Assembly (NCBI GenBank): GCA_044450385.1
Contig: JBIOIZ010000001.1
Span: 25,299-89,298, forward strand
Length of the DNA: 64,000 nt
Source: Candidatus Dormibacteria bacterium
Lineage (GTDB): Bacteria > Chloroflexota > Dormibacteria > Aeolococcales > Aeolococcaceae
Direction of reading: 5' to 3'
In this document: piece after piece, positions 62,506 to 64,000 of the stretch
How positions within the stretch are numbered: the first letter of the stretch is position 1
How the letters are laid out: every line of letters begins with the position of its first letter
Program-made: the position numbers and the translations under genes
The notes under the pieces: model-generated
Database searches by the model: none
Told to the model about the DNA's origin: nothing
Seen by the model: only the letters and a program-made list of their open reading frames with translations

Positions 62506-62511
62506 ACGTTA
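62506..62511 (-). promoter_or_regulatory. Candidate -10 box (TAACGT) 7 nt upstream of the metH ATG (leaderless pattern)
   Basis: Minus strand reads TAACGT-CATCTCG-ATG. Confidence 0.3.
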
Positions 62512-62571
62512 CCAGGGAACGGCTCCGTGATACGCTCGCCAACCGCCCGATCAGCTTCGAGGAGACCCTGT

Positions 62572-62877
62572 TTGGCACGACGCCCACCCCGTCCCGGCAG
62601 TACCCGCCGGCGCGGCCCCGTCCGTCGACGGGACGTCACCGACGGCACCGCCCAGGTCGACGTCAAGGAAGAGACCATCGAGATGGATGCAACGGTTGTC
62701 GAGCCGTTGCCCAACGCGATGTTCAAGGTGCGCTTGCAGACGGGTCAGGACGTGCTCGCGTACACCTCGGGGAAGATGCGCAAGTTCTACATCCGCATCC
62801 TCATCGGAGATCGGGTTCGGGTCGAGTTGAGCCCATACGATCTCTCGCGCGGGCGCATCACCTTCCGCTACAAGTAG
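62572..62877 (+). CDS. infA: Translation initiation factor IF-1, possibly with an Arg/Pro-rich N-terminal extension
   Basis: The core [71 protein letters not shown] is unmistakably IF-1. The start is uncertain: TTG 62572 (GGAG 7 nt upstream) or ATG 62683. Confidence 0.85.
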   Translation: MARRPPRPGSTRRRGPVRRRDVTDGTAQVDVKEETIEMDATVVEPLPNAMFKVRLQTGQDVLAYTSGKMRKFYIRILIGDRVRVELSPYDLSRGRITFRYK

Positions 62878-62892
62878 CCGCCGGGGCCGGCT

Positions 62893-63333
62893 GTGACGGC
62901 GATCTACATCATCGCCGCGCTGGTTGTGGTGCTGTTCCTGTTCGGGGCCTACCGGATGATGGGATCCGGCGCGACCACTGAGGAGGACCCGCGCGCCGTG
63001 CTCGTGGCTGTGCTCGAGACCGCGACCGAGGCGGCGACGGCGCTCGATGGCACGCCCGGTTCGGGTGACGAGGCCAGTGCACCGCACGCTATCAGACGGC
63101 GGTTGGACGGGTGTGCTCAGGCGCTGGAGCGAATCGCCGGGATGCCGGTGGAACCTGCCCTGGACGATGCTCGGGCCGCGCTCGAGCTGAGCGTTGACGA
63201 GCTGATCTGGTCGGCGCGACTGGCGGAAGCACCCCGTTACGTAATCGATGACGCGCTCCGCGACGCCGGGACCGCCCTGCGCAGCAGAGGCTCAGCCCAT
63301 CTGGCGCGTGCCCGCTCGCAGCTCGACGGCTAA
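62893..63333 (+). CDS. Hypothetical membrane-anchored helical protein
   Basis: GTG start, N-terminal TM IYIIAALVVVLFLFGAY, then an Ala/Glu/Arg-rich helical region. No family recognised. Confidence 0.5.
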   Translation: MTAIYIIAALVVVLFLFGAYRMMGSGATTEEDPRAVLVAVLETATEAATALDGTPGSGDEASAPHAIRRRLDGCAQALERIAGMPVEPALDDARAALELSVDELIWSARLAEAPRYVIDDALRDAGTALRSRGSAHLARARSQLDG

Positions 63334-64000
63334 CTCGCCGTCCGGAAGTACTCGAGCGTGGACCGGACGCCCTCGTTGAAACCGATGGTCGCACTCCAGC
63401 CGAGACGCTCACGGGTGCCGGCGGTATCGAGGCATGATCGGCGCTGTTCACCGGGTTTCGCGGGACCGTGCCCGGCATCCGCGCGCACATCGGCTGCGTC
63501 AGCAAGCATCCGGTACAGGGTGTTCACGTCAGTCTCCACGCCGGTGCCGATGTTGTACACACCAGCCGGGCCGTGGACCGCTGCCAGGTTGGCGCGCACC
63601 ACGTCGTGGACGTGCACGTAATCGCGAGTCTGCGTGCCATCGCCATTGATCACCACCGGCTCGCCGCGCACCAACCGGATCGCGAAGATGGCGACAACAC
63701 CGGCTTCACCATGAGGGTCCTGACGTGGCCCGTAGACGTTGGCGTATCGGAGGGCGACGAACTCGAGGCCCGCCTGACGGCTGAAGGTGCCGCCGTACGC
63801 TTCCGCACACAGCTTCGCGGTGCCGTATGGTGACTCGGGGAGGCACGGCTGATCCTCGGGCGTCGGGATGACGTCCGCGTCGCCATAGATCGCCCCGCCA
63901 CTCGAGGAGAACACGACCCGCCGCGCTCCGGCATCAACCGCCGCGCGAAGGACGTTCACGGTACCGACCACGTTGACGTCGGCATCGTGGAGTGGGTCGC
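63330..64000 (-). CDS. NAD-dependent epimerase/dehydratase (GalE-like), C-terminal part (N-terminus lies beyond the window end)
   Basis: The frame stays open to base 64000 (DPLHDADVNVVGTVNVL...). Motifs: FSSSGGAIYG, and the catalytic PESPYGTAKLCAE (YxxxK). Confidence 0.85.
   Translation of the reverse strand, partial: DPLHDADVNVVGTVNVLRAAVDAGARRVVFSSSGGAIYGDADVIPTPEDQPCLPESPYGTAKLCAEAYGGTFSRQAGLEFVALRYANVYGPRQDPHGEAGVVAIFAIRLVRGEPVVINGDGTQTRDYVHVHDVVRANLAAVHGPAGVYNIGTGVETDVNTLYRMLADAADVRADAGHGPAKPGEQRRSCLDTAGTRERLGWSATIGFNEGVRSTLEYFRTAS

Noticed and set aside
62499-62571. SAM, SAH or cobalamin riboswitch upstream of metH.
   Set aside because: A CAGGG...CCCTG pairing exists. However, the spacer is only 73 nt, a TAACGT box lies 7 nt from the ATG (leaderless pattern), and I could not match any riboswitch consensus. 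A covariance-model scan would settle it.
1-64000. CRISPR arrays, transposases/IS elements, prophage genes, toxin-antitoxin pairs, and known defence systems.
   Set aside because: None seen. There are no spaced direct-repeat arrays, and no integrase, transposase, reverse-transcriptase or nuclease-helicase defence-type ORFs among the credible genes.

Overview
GC-rich, gene-dense chromosomal segment: about 67 protein genes and one tRNA. I found no rRNA, CRISPR array, transposase, integrase or phage gene. The gene content looks Actinobacteria-like (LprG lipoprotein plus MFS pump, DUF664/DinB protein, many apparently leaderless genes). Most of the window is housekeeping. It holds an ECF sigma/anti-sigma pair, rpsF-ssb-rpsR, gcvT-gcvH, rsmG, murE, rplI-dnaB and a CCA-adding enzyme. 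It also holds a long minus-strand run hom-thrC-thrB-lysC-ychF-lipoate ligase, plus metH, infA, TldD/PmbA, a thiolase and several two-component proteins. Long ORFs antisense to these genes are treated as high-GC artefacts. Several ORF-track starts were trimmed using family N-termini, Shine-Dalgarno sites, or a recurrent TANNNT-N6-9-start pattern. Candidates worth a second look, none verified:
1. A minus-strand operon (37790..40460) encoding a tail-anchored basic protein, a Get3d-like ArsA ATPase with an HSP20-like C-terminus, a small CxxC protein and a site-2 protease.
2. A NarL-type two-component system divergent from an orphan peptide-type solute-binding lipoprotein that is fused operonically to TldD/PmbA, a C26 hydrolase and a GT-C glycosyltransferase.
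3. A small protein with three AT-hook-like repeats.
4. An anti-sigma-like protein with three tandem Cys-pair domains.
5. An IF-1 gene whose conserved N-terminus has no canonical start codon.
6. Widespread leaderless promoter architecture, contrasting with a structured rpsF leader.
7. A 13-bp hairpin that buries a start codon.
All calls come from reading the sequence and from remembered family motifs. No searches were run.
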